The notes under the pieces are model-generated. The model was not told the DNA's origin. It was given only the letters and a program-made list of their open reading frames with translations, and did not search any database. This document shows, one piece after another, positions 12,401 to 24,431 of a stretch of DNA of 64,000 nt (position 1 is its first letter; each line of letters opens with the position of its first letter). The position numbers and the translations under genes are program-made. Source of the DNA: Selaginella moellendorffii (lineage: Eukaryota; Plantae; Lycopodiophyta); NCBI RefSeq assembly GCF_000143415.4, contig NW_003314327.1, positions 1,002,725 through 1,066,724 of the forward strand, written 5' to 3'.

Positions 12401-14447
12401 ATAGACTGTGTCAATGTGATGTGAATCCAAGAAAATAATTTCTAAGAAAGACTTATGGGAAGGCCATAAAGTTGGGTTATGGATAAAGCCCATAGCAAGA
12501 ATGCTAAAGGGACCTATTAGGGGTGAACACCCTTTATATTTAACAAAGCAAAGCCTTTGTTATGAAACTGAAAGGATATCTCAAGAATGAAAGTAGTGAT
12601 CTTATGTTGCTTGGTGCAACAATCAAAGGATATACTAATGGCCAAGATTGGGCCATAAAAATCATTGGAAGGAATCCAAACGACAAAGTTGAGCAAAAAA
12701 CACTTATGTGTTGGATGCTAATGGATTGTGGGAAAAGGAATGTGTTTCCAAGGATGGATTCCTAAATGTTTAAATTTGGCAAAAGTGAAAACTGCAAAGG
12801 AGGGAGCGGCAAGGTAACTAAATGATAGGGTCATGGACAGTTTTAACATAAATTATGGATAAATGGAACTTAGTGTCTAGAGTAGGACAAAATAGAAGAG
12901 AGCATGATGGTGCCCTTAAATAAAGAATTTCTTAGGATGGGAAAATGGAGTTTGCATAACATATGTAATGCAAGGTGTTGAAAACACTCAAGAAATCAAC
13001 TTTGAGAAGTCAAAATTAAAAGTTCTAAAGTGTGATGGTTATATTAATAGAAATTAAGACTAGTAGTAATATTAAGATAGAGAAAGTGTATAGCAAGAAC
13101 TAAATAAACAAAAAGGGAAGGACTACCATAAATGGTTTAATAAATCTTTCAATTGGAGAGACCATACTCTTTAAAGGATGGGAAATGTATGGTGAGCTTT
13201 TGGTGTCGAACCATTGATGAATATTGGCTTGGTGCCAAGGAAAATGGTAATCTATAATGGGGTTACTTTATAAAATGGTTTATCATTTGATGAGGACATC
13301 TAACTTCGTTTATAAGTGGTGGAGTTGTGAGATACAAATCCCTAAGCCCCAAAATGGAACCAAAAGGATGCTTTGTGGTAATGGCTGAAGTAGAAGCCAA
13401 ATGAGTGTAACACATTTGAACTAAAAGCTCCAACTTAGATAATTGAGACTAGTAGTGGAACTCTTAACGAAGTGCTTGAGGAAGCAGTAAGTGAGTTTTT
13501 AGAGAGCACATAACAAGCAATAAGTGAGCTTTTAGAAAAGGGACATAAGAGGACCAATACATAACACATGGAAGTGTCAAGATGGAGTTCGAGATGGGCC
13601 CGAAAAGGAGTATGATAGACCCAAGATAGAGTTTGAGATGGAGTCAGAGATGGAGTTTGAGATGGACCCGAGATGGAAACAGAGATTGAGACCGAGACCG
13701 AGGTCAAACTGAGACCGAGACCGAGGTCAAGACTGAGACCGAGACCGAGGTCAAGACTAAGACCGAGACCGAGGTCAAGACTGAGACCGAGACCAAGGTC
13801 AAGACTGAGACTGAGACTGAAACCAAGACCGAGTCCAAGTCCGAGTCTGAGTCCGAGCCCGAGTCTAAGTCTGAGGGTGAAAGCCCAAAGAATTCGTTTC
13901 CCAGACCCTAGGGGGTTTGGTGAGCTCCAAAAGTATAGCAGGGGGCAGACTTTAGTAGAGTTAGTTTAGCCAGGAAAGACTAATGTAACCAAGGAAGGCT
14001 ATACCCATGTGTTGGGTGATGATATAACCATTAAGGAGTTTAAGGCTAGAGTGAGTATAGACAAACAAACGGGGTAACTTGTTGAAGTGTTCAAGAGCTG
14101 GCTATATCTCCCTCGGTGATCGAATGGTCAATGCTCCCAATCCAAGTGTGGGTGGCACTACCTACTTGGATATCTAGTGTGGCTTATTAGAACCTCACTC
14201 TAACCATATAGATAAGGCACCTAAAGGCAAAACGTGGGGAGAATACCCATAAAGCTTGTGTAGGGCTATAATGTTTTGAAATGTCACCACAAAGTCCTAG
14301 ACTATAGAAAGGAAGAAGAGCAATCCTCTAGTGTAGTGACTAAAGATAATATCACATGGTGAGGAAGTCCTAAAAGACAGTGGGACTTAGTGGTCAGGCT
14401 TATAGGCCTTGACCCGGTGGTGGTGTTGGCAAGCACAACCATGGATA
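12401..14447 (+). mobile_element. Older family A fragment (A-iv): 3' internal region, PPT, and 3' LTR from 13326, interrupted by A-v
   Basis: Decayed, AT-shifted homology to 37370-39780; GTGGTGGAGT PPT followed by TGTGAGATAC at 13326. Confidence 0.8.
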
Positions 14448-16244
14448 TGTAAGCGACTAATTTTTCCATTCTACTTTAGTTACTTAACTATACCTTTGAC
14501 CACTTGGAGGAGTCTCACTCACAACCTCCATAAGTCCTATTCCAAACTTGGGGACTTGTTAGCCTTGAGAATGATGCCACTCAACTTTTGCACTTGGTCC
14601 AAGTGCTCCACGTGTCCAATCCCATGACCGACACCCCAAGGTACCACTGACAAATTAGCCCGTTACGCTCAGGCCATGCCCCTTCACCTTGGTCATATCG
14701 GTGGTCTAACACCACCTACATCACGGTCCCCTCCCTTAAGGACTGGGCTATCCATCCATGAGTGGTCATCCCAGATCCACTCCTTAGCATCCTTAGGATG
14801 CCCGTAGATATGGGGAACAGCTTTCTCCAATATCCCTTTTCCAGTCCCCACCAATGTCCCTTTTTGTCCATAGCTGTGTTTACCAACATTGCCACTGGAT
14901 CAAGGTCTATATGTAAGCCACAAATTTTTCCTTTCCAATTTGCTAGCTCACCTCGTCTATCCGTCCGACACTGCCTTGGCTTTTGCTAAGTTCCCTCGCC
15001 AAGGTTCTTGCCTATGGTACCAGCTCCTACTTGGTCCTACTTGCTTTCAGCTACTCACTGCACGAGCAACGGAGCGTTAGCCACCATCCACAGATTCCCA
15101 ATCTCTCCCAATCCCCCTCCCCGGGTTAGACTGGACTTAAGGTTCGGCTACACTCCCCGCAAGCACAAGCAGCCAAGCACACCAAGCTTCCAGGTTCCTA
15201 ACTTCCCTTGGTACCACAAGACTTGATCATAGGACCCTCTAAATCCCAAGTCTTGAGTGCAACACTTGCTTCGGGACGCCGGGGCGAAACACCGTGGCCT
15301 AGCGGCCCGGTATGGGTACCTTTACCCCCCCACTTCTATCCCGAAGGAAGGCCCAAGCCCCTAGGAAGGGCGAGGACCAATGAGCTGCATGGTACTCAAG
15401 TGGGGCACCACTCCACATGAGCCGGGAGCACCGCAATCGGTTTCCCTTTCGGGAGTGGGAGCTGCTCTTGAGCACTTCCTTGGATGGCCCCTCCGGCACC
15501 AACCAAGTCCATGCTCACTCCCACCCAAGGCCCCTCGGTCCCAGTCCCAACCTCAAGTCAGTTTGGGAGCCCCACTGGAGAGTCCCTTCTAAACTGGTTC
15601 CTGGACCTCACTATCCCTACTATACTTTTGGAACCCCCTACAGCCCCCCCGCCCTGGGAGACGCACGCTTTGGGCTTTCACCCCTTGACTCGTATTAGTA
15701 TTTGGACTTAGTCTCTGGCTCGATCTCGAACCCGATTTCGGATCCGACTTCGGATTCGGTCTCGGACTCGATCTCGGACTCGATCTCGGACCCGATCTCA
15801 GACCCGACCTCGGACTCGACCTCGGACTCGGTCTCGGACCCGATTTCGGATCTCGGACTCCGTCTCGAACTCGGTCTCGAACTCGGACTCGAACTCAGTC
15901 CCCGAGTCGGTCTCGGACTCGATTCCGGATTCTATCTCGAACTCGGTCCTAGAGTCGGTCTTGGACTCGATCCTCGACTTGGTCCCATCCGATGAACTCT
16001 TTGTCATTTTGGTCATGCTTTCGGGGTTCCTTTAGCCTACGACACCTCGGCGAGTTGGTTCCTTACAACTCCACCACCCATAGAAGAAGTTCGATGCCCA
16101 CATCGAACATCTCGTTTTATCCTACGACTTGTTGACCATGTCTTCGGGGGCATCCCCCCACTTAGCGGTGTGCATAAGTTAGCCTCCCCGGCCAAGAGCC
16201 CATGACAACGGAATATAGGTGTCCCTATACTCCTCACCTCACCA

Positions 16245-16376
16245 CGCCCTAGTATGGGGTCAGGACTTGAACCCAGCCTTGCTTTACTAGGGGGTTGGGA
16301 CTCGAACCCAACCTCCGTAGAATACGTCTACGGATTCGACATCCCCGCAGGGTGTCGGGCGTAGCTCCCTACGCCT
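16245..16376 (-). other. Multi-hairpin RNA element with two tRNA T-loop/box-B mimics in the chromovirus 3' UTR; homologs in family A at ~8181-8297, 36754-36870 and ~46325-46445
   Basis: Sense-strand stems GGCGTAG/CTACGCC, CGACA../..TGTCG, CCGTAGA/TCTACGG, GGTTGGG-TTCGAGT-CCCAACC and CTAGTA..GG-TTCAAGT-CC..TACTAG. Confidence 0.6.
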
Positions 16377-16852
16377 GGTCGACCTAGCTAACCCATGCTA
16401 ATTAGCTTACCTTCGGCATGCCTTCGGGTCCCAACATATGCCACTTGCTCAACTTTGCAAATTGATATTTTTAATTGAACTTTGCATAAGTACATAGAGT
16501 TTTGCCATGCAGAAATTCCTCCACTAGATCTCGCACGTTCGCTAGGTTCTCCTCCGGTTCCCATGTTGCTTCGCAGTGTGGAAATCCTTTCCACTTCACA
16601 TGGAACTCTCTCACCTCGCGTCCTTGTCGCTTGCTCTTGCGTGCATTGAGGATGGCCTCGACTTCGTATTCCTCCTCCCCTTGGATAACCTCAGGTAAAG
16701 GTCTTACTTGGTCCTTGCGAAGCGGATCCTCAAAATACGGCTTGAGCAAGTTCACGTGGAACATGGGATGCATCTTCCCCATCTCTCGAGGAAGTCGGAG
16801 ACGGTAAGCCACTTTACCGATTCGAGCCTCAATCTCGTAAAGCCCCGCGAAC

Positions 16853-16904
16853 CTGCTTAAGGAACTCAAGATCAATTCATTTACAGGAATACATGCATTT
16901 TTAC
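16853..16904 (-). other. Putative 52-nt GT-AG spliceosomal intron immediately before the integrase GPY/F motif
   Basis: CAAAG|GTAAAA...TTAAGCAG|GTTCGCG; AT-rich; removal joins KLTQ-R-FAGLYEIEARIGKVAYRLRLP in frame. Confidence 0.82.
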
Positions 16905-17322
16905 CTTTGGGTCAACTTTCGGCTGATCCCACTTGGTAGCCTAAGGTCCTTGGTGTTCAGCCACACCTTCTCCCTAGCTTGGAACTCCACATCCCGACGC
17001 TTTTGGTTCGCGTACTTAGTTTGCCTTTGTTGAGCCCGTTCCAAGGAATCCCTCACTAGATTCCAAATGTTGAGTCTTTCCGCCGTGAATGCCTCCACTG
17101 CGGGTAACTCTCCATGATACTCGGCCACGCCGAATTCCACAGGACCTTCAATAGCTCGCCCATTGATGACTTCCCATGGACTCACCCCGATGCTCGAATG
17201 TGGTGAGTTGTTATAACACATTTCCGCAAGTCCCAAATGATTTACCCAATCGGTCTGGTCTTCTGAGACATAGCATCGCAAATAATCCTCCAGCTGCCTA
17301 TTCACCCTTTCCATTTGTCCGT

Positions 17323-17368
17323 TTGTCAAGAAGTGTTAGTGCCATCAACTTGACTTAATACCCCATAC
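17323..17368 (-). other. Putative 46-nt spliceosomal intron in the integrase core (3' AG mutated to AA in this copy)
   Basis: ACAG|GTATGG...GCACTAAC...TTGACAA|ACGGA; removal gives HPQT-D-GQMER. Confidence 0.72.
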
Positions 17369-20300
17369 CTGTCTGTGGGTGATAGGTTGTGCTGAATTTC
17401 AACTTGGTGCGATACTGTTCTAGGAGTGTCCTCCAGAACCTACTGGTGAAGATCTTATCTCGATCTGAGATAATCTCTTCCGGCCTTCCCCGCAGTCGAA
17501 CCACTTGTTCGAAGAACAGCTTCGCCACACCTTCCGCATCCACTTCTGTTGTGGTGGGTATGAAATGTGCCATCTTTGAAAATCGGTCCACCATCACGAA
17601 TATCGCATCGAACCCCTCGCTTGGGGGTAGTCCCGTGATGAAGTCCATCGTGAGACACTTCCACGGACGATCTGGAATTGGGATGCTTTGCAACAAGCCC
17701 CCACTAGCCTTAGTCACGACTTTGACTTGCTGACATGTTGGACATGTCTTTACATAGTCTTGGACGTCCTTAGCCATATCTGGCCAATGGTACTTCCTCT
17801 TGAGTAAGCCCATCGTCTTGGGCACTCCGCCGTGTCCCGCAAGAGGTCCGTCATGACACTCTTCTAAGGCTACCTTCCTTAGTTCCCCTTCTGGAACATA
17901 CACCCTCGTTTGCTTGTAATAGATGAGTCCGTTGTGTTCCGCATAGCCCGTTTTCTCTTCCGTCGGCAGCTCACCTCTCTGGTGAGCTTCCCGCGCCTCT
18001 AGATTCCTCAGCAACACTTCTTGTGCTAGACCATCGTTCTCATATGCTGTCCGCACATCGTCCCAGAAGGTTGCTGTTGCGCTGGATATCGCTAATTTCA
18101 AGCTCGCTTTTCAACTTAGCGCATCCGCCACGATGTTGCTCTTCCCAGGCTTGTACAGAATTTCGCAATCAAACTCGGCCAAGGTATTGGCCCACCGACC
18201 TTGTTTCCCTCTCAGGTCGGGCTGTGACAAGAAGTGTTTCGTTGCCACATTGTCCGTGTAAACCTTGAAGTGTCTCCCAAGGTAGTGTCGCCACTCCTTA
18301 AGCGCCTTGACCACCGCAAACAGTTCCTTCTCATGGGCAAGCCACTTCCGTTGAGCCTTGTCCAACTTCTTCGAGAAGAACGCTACTGGATGGTTGTCTT
18401 GCTTCAAAACTGCGCCCAACGCAAAGTCCGAAGCATCCGTTTCTACCTCAAAGTCCTTACCAAAGTCTGGTAATGCCAACACTGAAGCCTTCCTCAACTT
18501 CCCTTTGAGGTGGACAAATGCCGCCTCGCATTTTGCTGTCCATACCATTTTCCCTTTTCCTGTTTGGTCCGTTAAGGGCAGGGCTACTCTCGAATAGTGT
18601 CTAATAAAATTTCGGTAGTAGTTGCATAGCCCCAAGAATGCCCTTAACTCGTGTACATTCGATGGTCGTTCCCATTCCTGGATCGCTTGGACCTTCTCCG
18701 GGTCCACCTTGAGCCCGTCCTGGCCCACCACATGCCCGAGAAACTTTACCTCTTGTTGAGCAAAGTCACATTTGCTCTCTTTAGCATACAGTTTGTGTTC
18801 CCTTAGTTTCTCAAACACCTTCGCCAAGTGTTCGACATGCTCCTCTAGCGTCTTGCTATAGATCAGGATGTCGTCGATATAGACGACCACAAAGTGATCC
18901 AGATAGGGTACAAAGATGTGGTTCATCAACGCCGAAAACGTTGCCGGTGCATTGCATAGCCCAAAAGGCATCACCAGAAACTCAAAGCTCCCATACCTCG
19001 TTCGATAGGTTGTCTTCTCGACATCTTCCTCAGCTACCCTGATCTGGTAGTATCCTGACCTTAGGTCAATCCTCGAGAAGTATTTTGCCTTTCCCAACCT
19101 ATCGAACAGGTCCTCGATCCTTGGCAAAGGGTACTTGTTCTTCTTGGTATACTTGTTGAGCAACCGGTAGTCTATGCATATGCGCATAGATCCATCTTTC
19201 TTTTTCACAAATAGCACCGGCACCCCATACGGCGACTTGCTCAACCTAACATACCCTTTGTTCACCAACTCCTCTAGATGGCGCTTGAGCTCCGCGAGTT
19301 CTTTTTCGTTCAATCGATAGGGTGGACGAACCACAGCCTCAGCACCCTCAACCAGCTCAATCTTATGTTCTATCGGTCGTGCGGGGGGCAACCCCGCCAG
19401 TAGCTCCTCCAGCATGGTATCCTGGAATTGGTCCAGTACCCGCTGGATCACTAAAGGTACTTCTTCTGTTCTTGTCTTTTTGTCACTCTTCACCGAGAGT
19501 AAGCACAAAAAGGCTGCCTTAGTTCCTTTAGTGAGTTGTCCTCTCGTGGACACCAGGTTTAAGCATGACTCTTTGGCCTTGCTTTGCCCTACCTTTAGAT
19601 CCTGGGCCTCCACCCTAGATCTTCTTCCTTGGGCATTCGCCAATACCACAAGGTTCCTACCTTGTCCATGCAGGGCTACCACGAACCGATTAAACCAATC
19701 CATTCCGAAGATCACGTCAAATCCCGCCATGTCCAAGACAGTGAAATCCATGTCTACTTTCCATGTCCCTACTTCGACTCTCGCTTGTCGAAGTACCTCA
19801 TCGGTGCTTTGGCTACCTTGAACAAACTCTATAGTCCTTGGTTCGCCTAGCCGCTACACCGTTAGTCCGGCTTGCCGGACTATGTCTGCAGCCACAAAAT
19901 TATCCGAGGCACCCGTGTCAATAAGGATCTTAACAAAGCTACCTCCGAGCTTCCCTCGGAGGGCTAGTAGATGTCGCGAACGACTTTCTACCAAAGTTGC
20001 TCGTGTAATGAGTAGCTTTGAGTTAGGGACTAGATCACATACCTCAGTTTGGACTTCACCCGACTTGATGGCCATATTGGCTCTGGCCTTCTTCGGGTAG
20101 GGACATTCCCTCGAGAAGTGTCCCGCTTCGCCGCAGTTGTAGCATACGTTGTTTCCCACGCCGCTATACGACTTGACCTTCTTATCCGTGGGTTTGTCTC
20201 TTTTCGCTTGACTTCCCCATGTACTCGCTCGCTGGCCACCGGATTTGCCTTTCCGAAACCCCGAGGACTCATTCTTAAAGAAACTCTTCTTGAATTTCCC

Positions 20301-23300
20301 CTTGCTATATGTTCCCCTCGGTTTGGCCCCTTTGTGAAACGTGGATCCCGACCCCGTCGTGTTCCCCTTTCGCAGGTTATCGTTAAAATGCACCTTGATG
20401 GCCGCATCCAACACTTCCTTGTAGTTGGTCGGGTTCCAGCGCATCACCTCACCGCGAGCCCAGGTTTGCAGACCTGATATAAACGCATGGAACGCATTCA
20501 TATCCCCCATGTCCGTGACAAGTATCCTCTTTACCATGAACCCATTCACATATTCCTGGATGGTTCCAGTCTGCTTCAGCCTACTCAGCTCATCTCTCAG
20601 ATGCAGAGTGGCATTCGGAGGAACATATGTTGCACGGATCCTCGTCTTCATCATGTCCCAGGTGGCCACTGGTCCTTCGTTGGCCTCCGTTGTTCTCCAC
20701 CAAGACTTGGCATTATCTGCCAAGTATGGTTTTGCACATGGGACCTTCTCCGAGCTCGGTAACCTCAACGCTTGGAAGTAGTCCTCCATATCGTAAAACC
20801 AATCCTCCACAACCTTATAGTTGTTCACTCCCTTGAACACCGGTGGGGGCTTTGGTTTGTACTTGGGAACTACCTGAGGGACTGATTCCACTTCGGTTTG
20901 TTCGACCTTGTCTGGTTTTGCCTCAGTCCCTGCCGAAGGGTCTGCACCTTCTGCGCTGCCAGCATCCGCAGTCTTTCGCTTTTTCTTCCGCTTCTCGTCA
21001 CGCTTTAACTTGCGTACGAGAGTCTCCAGCAGGGCATTGGTCTGTGCCAACTGTCCTTCTAGCACGTCCAATCGAGCCTTGGACGACCGAACCTCACCAC
21101 CGGACTCCTGTTTGGAAGTTTCCTCACTAGAGTCCTCCTCGTGCAAGGATTCCTCATCCATAGCCTCTTGTTCAACCAGAGGCTCCAGCTCTGGCAGAGG
21201 TTCCGTCTCCGCCTGGGTTCGCTTACGCCCTGCCCTTGCCATCTCCCAGCAATCCGCCTCTATCCTTCGCTAGAACTAAGGAAAAGGCTCCGATACCAAA
21301 TTGTAAGCCACAAATTTTTCCTTTCCAATGTCCCTTTCTGTCCATAGCTGTGTTTACCAACATTGCCACTGGATCAAGGTCTATATGTAAGCCACAAATT
21401 TTTCCTTTCCAATTTGCTAGCTCACCTCGTCTATCCATCCGACACTACCTTGGCTTTTGCTAAGTTCCCTCGCCAAGGTTCTCGCCTATGGTACCAGCTC
21501 CTACTTGGTCCTACTTGCTTTCAGCTACTCACTGCACGAGCAACGGAGCGTTAGCCACCATCCACGGATTCCCAATCTCTCCCAGTCCCCCTCCCCGGGT
21601 TAAACTGGACTTAAGGTTCGGCTACACTCCCCGCAAGCACAAGCAGCCAAGCACACCAAGCTTCCAGGTTCCTAACTTCCCTTGGTACCACAAGACTTGA
21701 TCATGGGACCCTCTAAATCCCAAGTCTTGAGTGCAACACTTGCTTCGGGACGCTGGGGTGAAACACCGTGGCCTAGCGGCCCGGTATGGGTACCTTTACC
21801 CATGAAGGCCGAAGCCCCTAGGAAGGGCGAGGACCAATGAGCCGCATGGTACTCAAGTGGGGCACCACTCCACATGAGCCGGGAGCACCACAATCGGTTT
21901 CCCTTTTGGGAGTGGGAGCTGCTCTTGAGCACTTCCTTGGATGGCCCCTCCGGCACCAACCAAGTCCATGCTCACTCCCACCCAAGGCCCCTCGGTCCCA
22001 GTCCCAACCTCAAGTCAGTTTAGGAGCCCCACTGGAGAGTCCCTTCTAAACTGGTTCCTGGACCTCACTATCCCTACTATACTTTTGGAACCCCCTGCAG
22101 CCCCCCCCCCCCCCCTGGGAGACGCACGCTTTGGGCTTTCACCCCTTGACCCGTATTAGTATTTGGACTTAGTCTCTAGCTCGATCTCGAACCCGATTTC
22201 GGATCCGACTTCAGATTCGGTCTCGGACTCGATCTCGGACTCGATCTCGGACCCGATCTCGGACCCGACCTCGGACTCGACCTCGGACTCGGTCCCGGAC
22301 CCGATTTCGGATCTCGGACTCTGTCTCGAACTCGGTCTCAAACTCGGACTCGAACTCAGTCCCCGAGTCGGTCTCGGACTCGATTCCGGACTCTATCTCG
22401 AACTCGGTCCTAGAGTCGGTCTTGGACTCGATCCTTGACTTGGTCCCATCCGATGAAACTCTTTGTCATTTTGGTCATGCTTTCGGGGTTCCTTTAGCCT
22501 ACGACACCTCGGCGAGTTGGTTCTTTACACTATAGGCCTGACCATTAAGTCCCACCTCTTCTGGGACTTCCTTTCTACACGACCGTATCCTTGGTCAATA
22601 CACCAAAGGACTACTTTTCTTCCTTTCTACAGTTTGGGACTTGGGACAGCATTTCGGAACACCGTGGCCCTACACGAGCCTCGCAGGTACTCTTCCCGCC
22701 TTCCGCCATTGGATGCTCTAGCCATGGGCTTAGAGCGAGATTCCGTTGAGCCATGCCAGGTATCCAAGTAGATAGTGCCACCCACACTTGGACTAGGAGC
22801 ATTAACCATTCGATGTCCCAGGGGAACTAAAGTTGGTTCTTGAACACTTCACCAAGCTACCCCGCTTGTCGGTCCATTTTCACTTTAGTCTTGGCCTTCC
22901 CAGTGGTCAATTCATCACCCAACACCTGGGTACAGCCTTTCTAGGCCAAACTGGCTTTTCCTGGCCAAACTAGCTCCACTAGGCTCCAACCCCCACACTC
23001 TCCCTACTATACTTTTGGAACCCCCTGCAGCCCCCCCTCCCCAGGGGACGATCGCTTTAGGCTTTCACCCAACAGCCTGTATTAGTATTTGGACTTGGAC
23101 TTGGTCTCAGCCTCAGACTCAGACTCGGTCTTGGTCTTGGACTCGGACTCGGTCTCGGTCTTGGCCTCGGACTCAACCTCGGACTCAGACTTGGTCTCGG
23201 TCTCGGTCTCAGGTCTCTATCTTGGGTCCATCTTGGACTCCATCTCGGGTCCATCTCGGACTCCATCTCAGATTCCATCTCAAACTCCATCTCAGACTCC

Positions 23301-24431
23301 ATCTCGGGTCCATCTCAGACTCCATCTTGGACTCCATCTCGGGTCCATCTTGGACTCCATTTCGGGTCTATCTCGGACTCCATCTTGGGTCCATCTCGAG
23401 TCCATTTCGAACTCCATCTCGGACTCATTTCGTACACTTCTACGTGTCATGTGTTGGTCCTCTTGTGTCCCTTTTTCAGAGACTCAGTTATTGCTCACTT
23501 CGTGCTTGTTCCTCGAGCCCTTCATTGGGAGTTCTAGTCCTGCTCTCAACCTTTCAAGTCAAAGCTTTTAGTCCAAACTTGTTATGCTCGTTTGGCTTTT
23601 GCTTTAGCCACCACTATATGGTGCCCTTTCGGCTCCACTTCGGGGCTTAGGGATTTATGTCTCACAACTCCACCACCCATAGACGAAGTTCAATGTCCTC
23701 ATCGAACGATAAACTACTTTATAAAGTAATACTAGTATATATTACTTTTTCCATCCTTGGCACCTAGCCAATATTTGTCTTTGGTTTGACACAGAAGGCT
23801 CACCAAGCCTTGTCCATCCTTTAAAGAGCATAAGCTCTCCAACTTAGAGACTCATTCGAGCATTTGTGGTGGTTCTCTCCCTTTATTGGTTTAGTTCTTG
23901 TTAAATCTGTTAGAGACACTTTCTCTATCTCAATTCCTTGGTTTAGTTCTTGCTAAACTTGTTAGAGACACTTTCTCTATCTCAATTCTACTACTCATTC
24001 TTGAGTAGTCTCAAATCCCATTGATATAACCTTTGCCCTTTGGAACTTTTAATTTTGACTTCTTAGAGTCCATTTCCTGGGTGTCTCTGACACCTTGTTT
24101 TGCACATTTTGTGCAACTCCACTTCCCCATCCTAGAAAGTTCTCTATTCAAAGGCACCATTATCCTCTTTCCTATTTTATGCCACCTTTGACACTATGTT
24201 CCAATAATCATAATTTGTGTTAAGGCTGTACACGGCCCTATCATTTAGCTACTTTGCTGCTCCCTCACTTGGAGCTTTCACTTTTGCCAAATTGGAGCAC
24301 TTGCGAATCCATCCTTGGAAGCACACTTCCTTTCCCACAACCCGTTAGCATCCAACACATTAGTGTTCCTTGGCTAACTTTGCCATTTGGATTCCTTCCA
24401 ATGAATCCTATGACCCAAAATTGGCCACTAG

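Larger units (their letters stand above)
16471..21242 (-). pseudogene. gag-pol polyprotein of chromovirus C: single frame with two premature stops; integrase split by intron-like inserts
   Basis: CCHC knuckle CYNCGEAGHFSREC; protease LIDTGAS; RT YIDD; RNase H ETDASD; IN HHCC zinc finger and MDF/DRD core; chromodomain EYEVEAIL..VKWKGF...TWEP. ORFs 19854-21242, 18111-19751 and 17355-18101 are in one frame, separated only by TAG (19854) and TGA (18111). Confidence 0.92.
14912..22529 (-). mobile_element. Ty3/gypsy chromovirus (element C; Tcn1/Galadriel-type, group I chromodomain); LTRs 14912-16067 and 21386-22529 (plus extra 21302-21385)
   Basis: TG...CA LTRs of ~1.15 kb; 5-bp TSD CTATA (14907-14911 and 22530-22534); Met PBS 21287-21298; PPT 16068-16082; domain order gag-PR-RT-RH-IN-chromo. 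Confidence 0.95.

Noticed and set aside
19854-19856. TAG between the gag and pol ORFs as programmed read-through
   Set aside because: It lies inside the protease, after the DTG motif. It is better explained as a point mutation, like the TGA at 18111 in ADALS(R).
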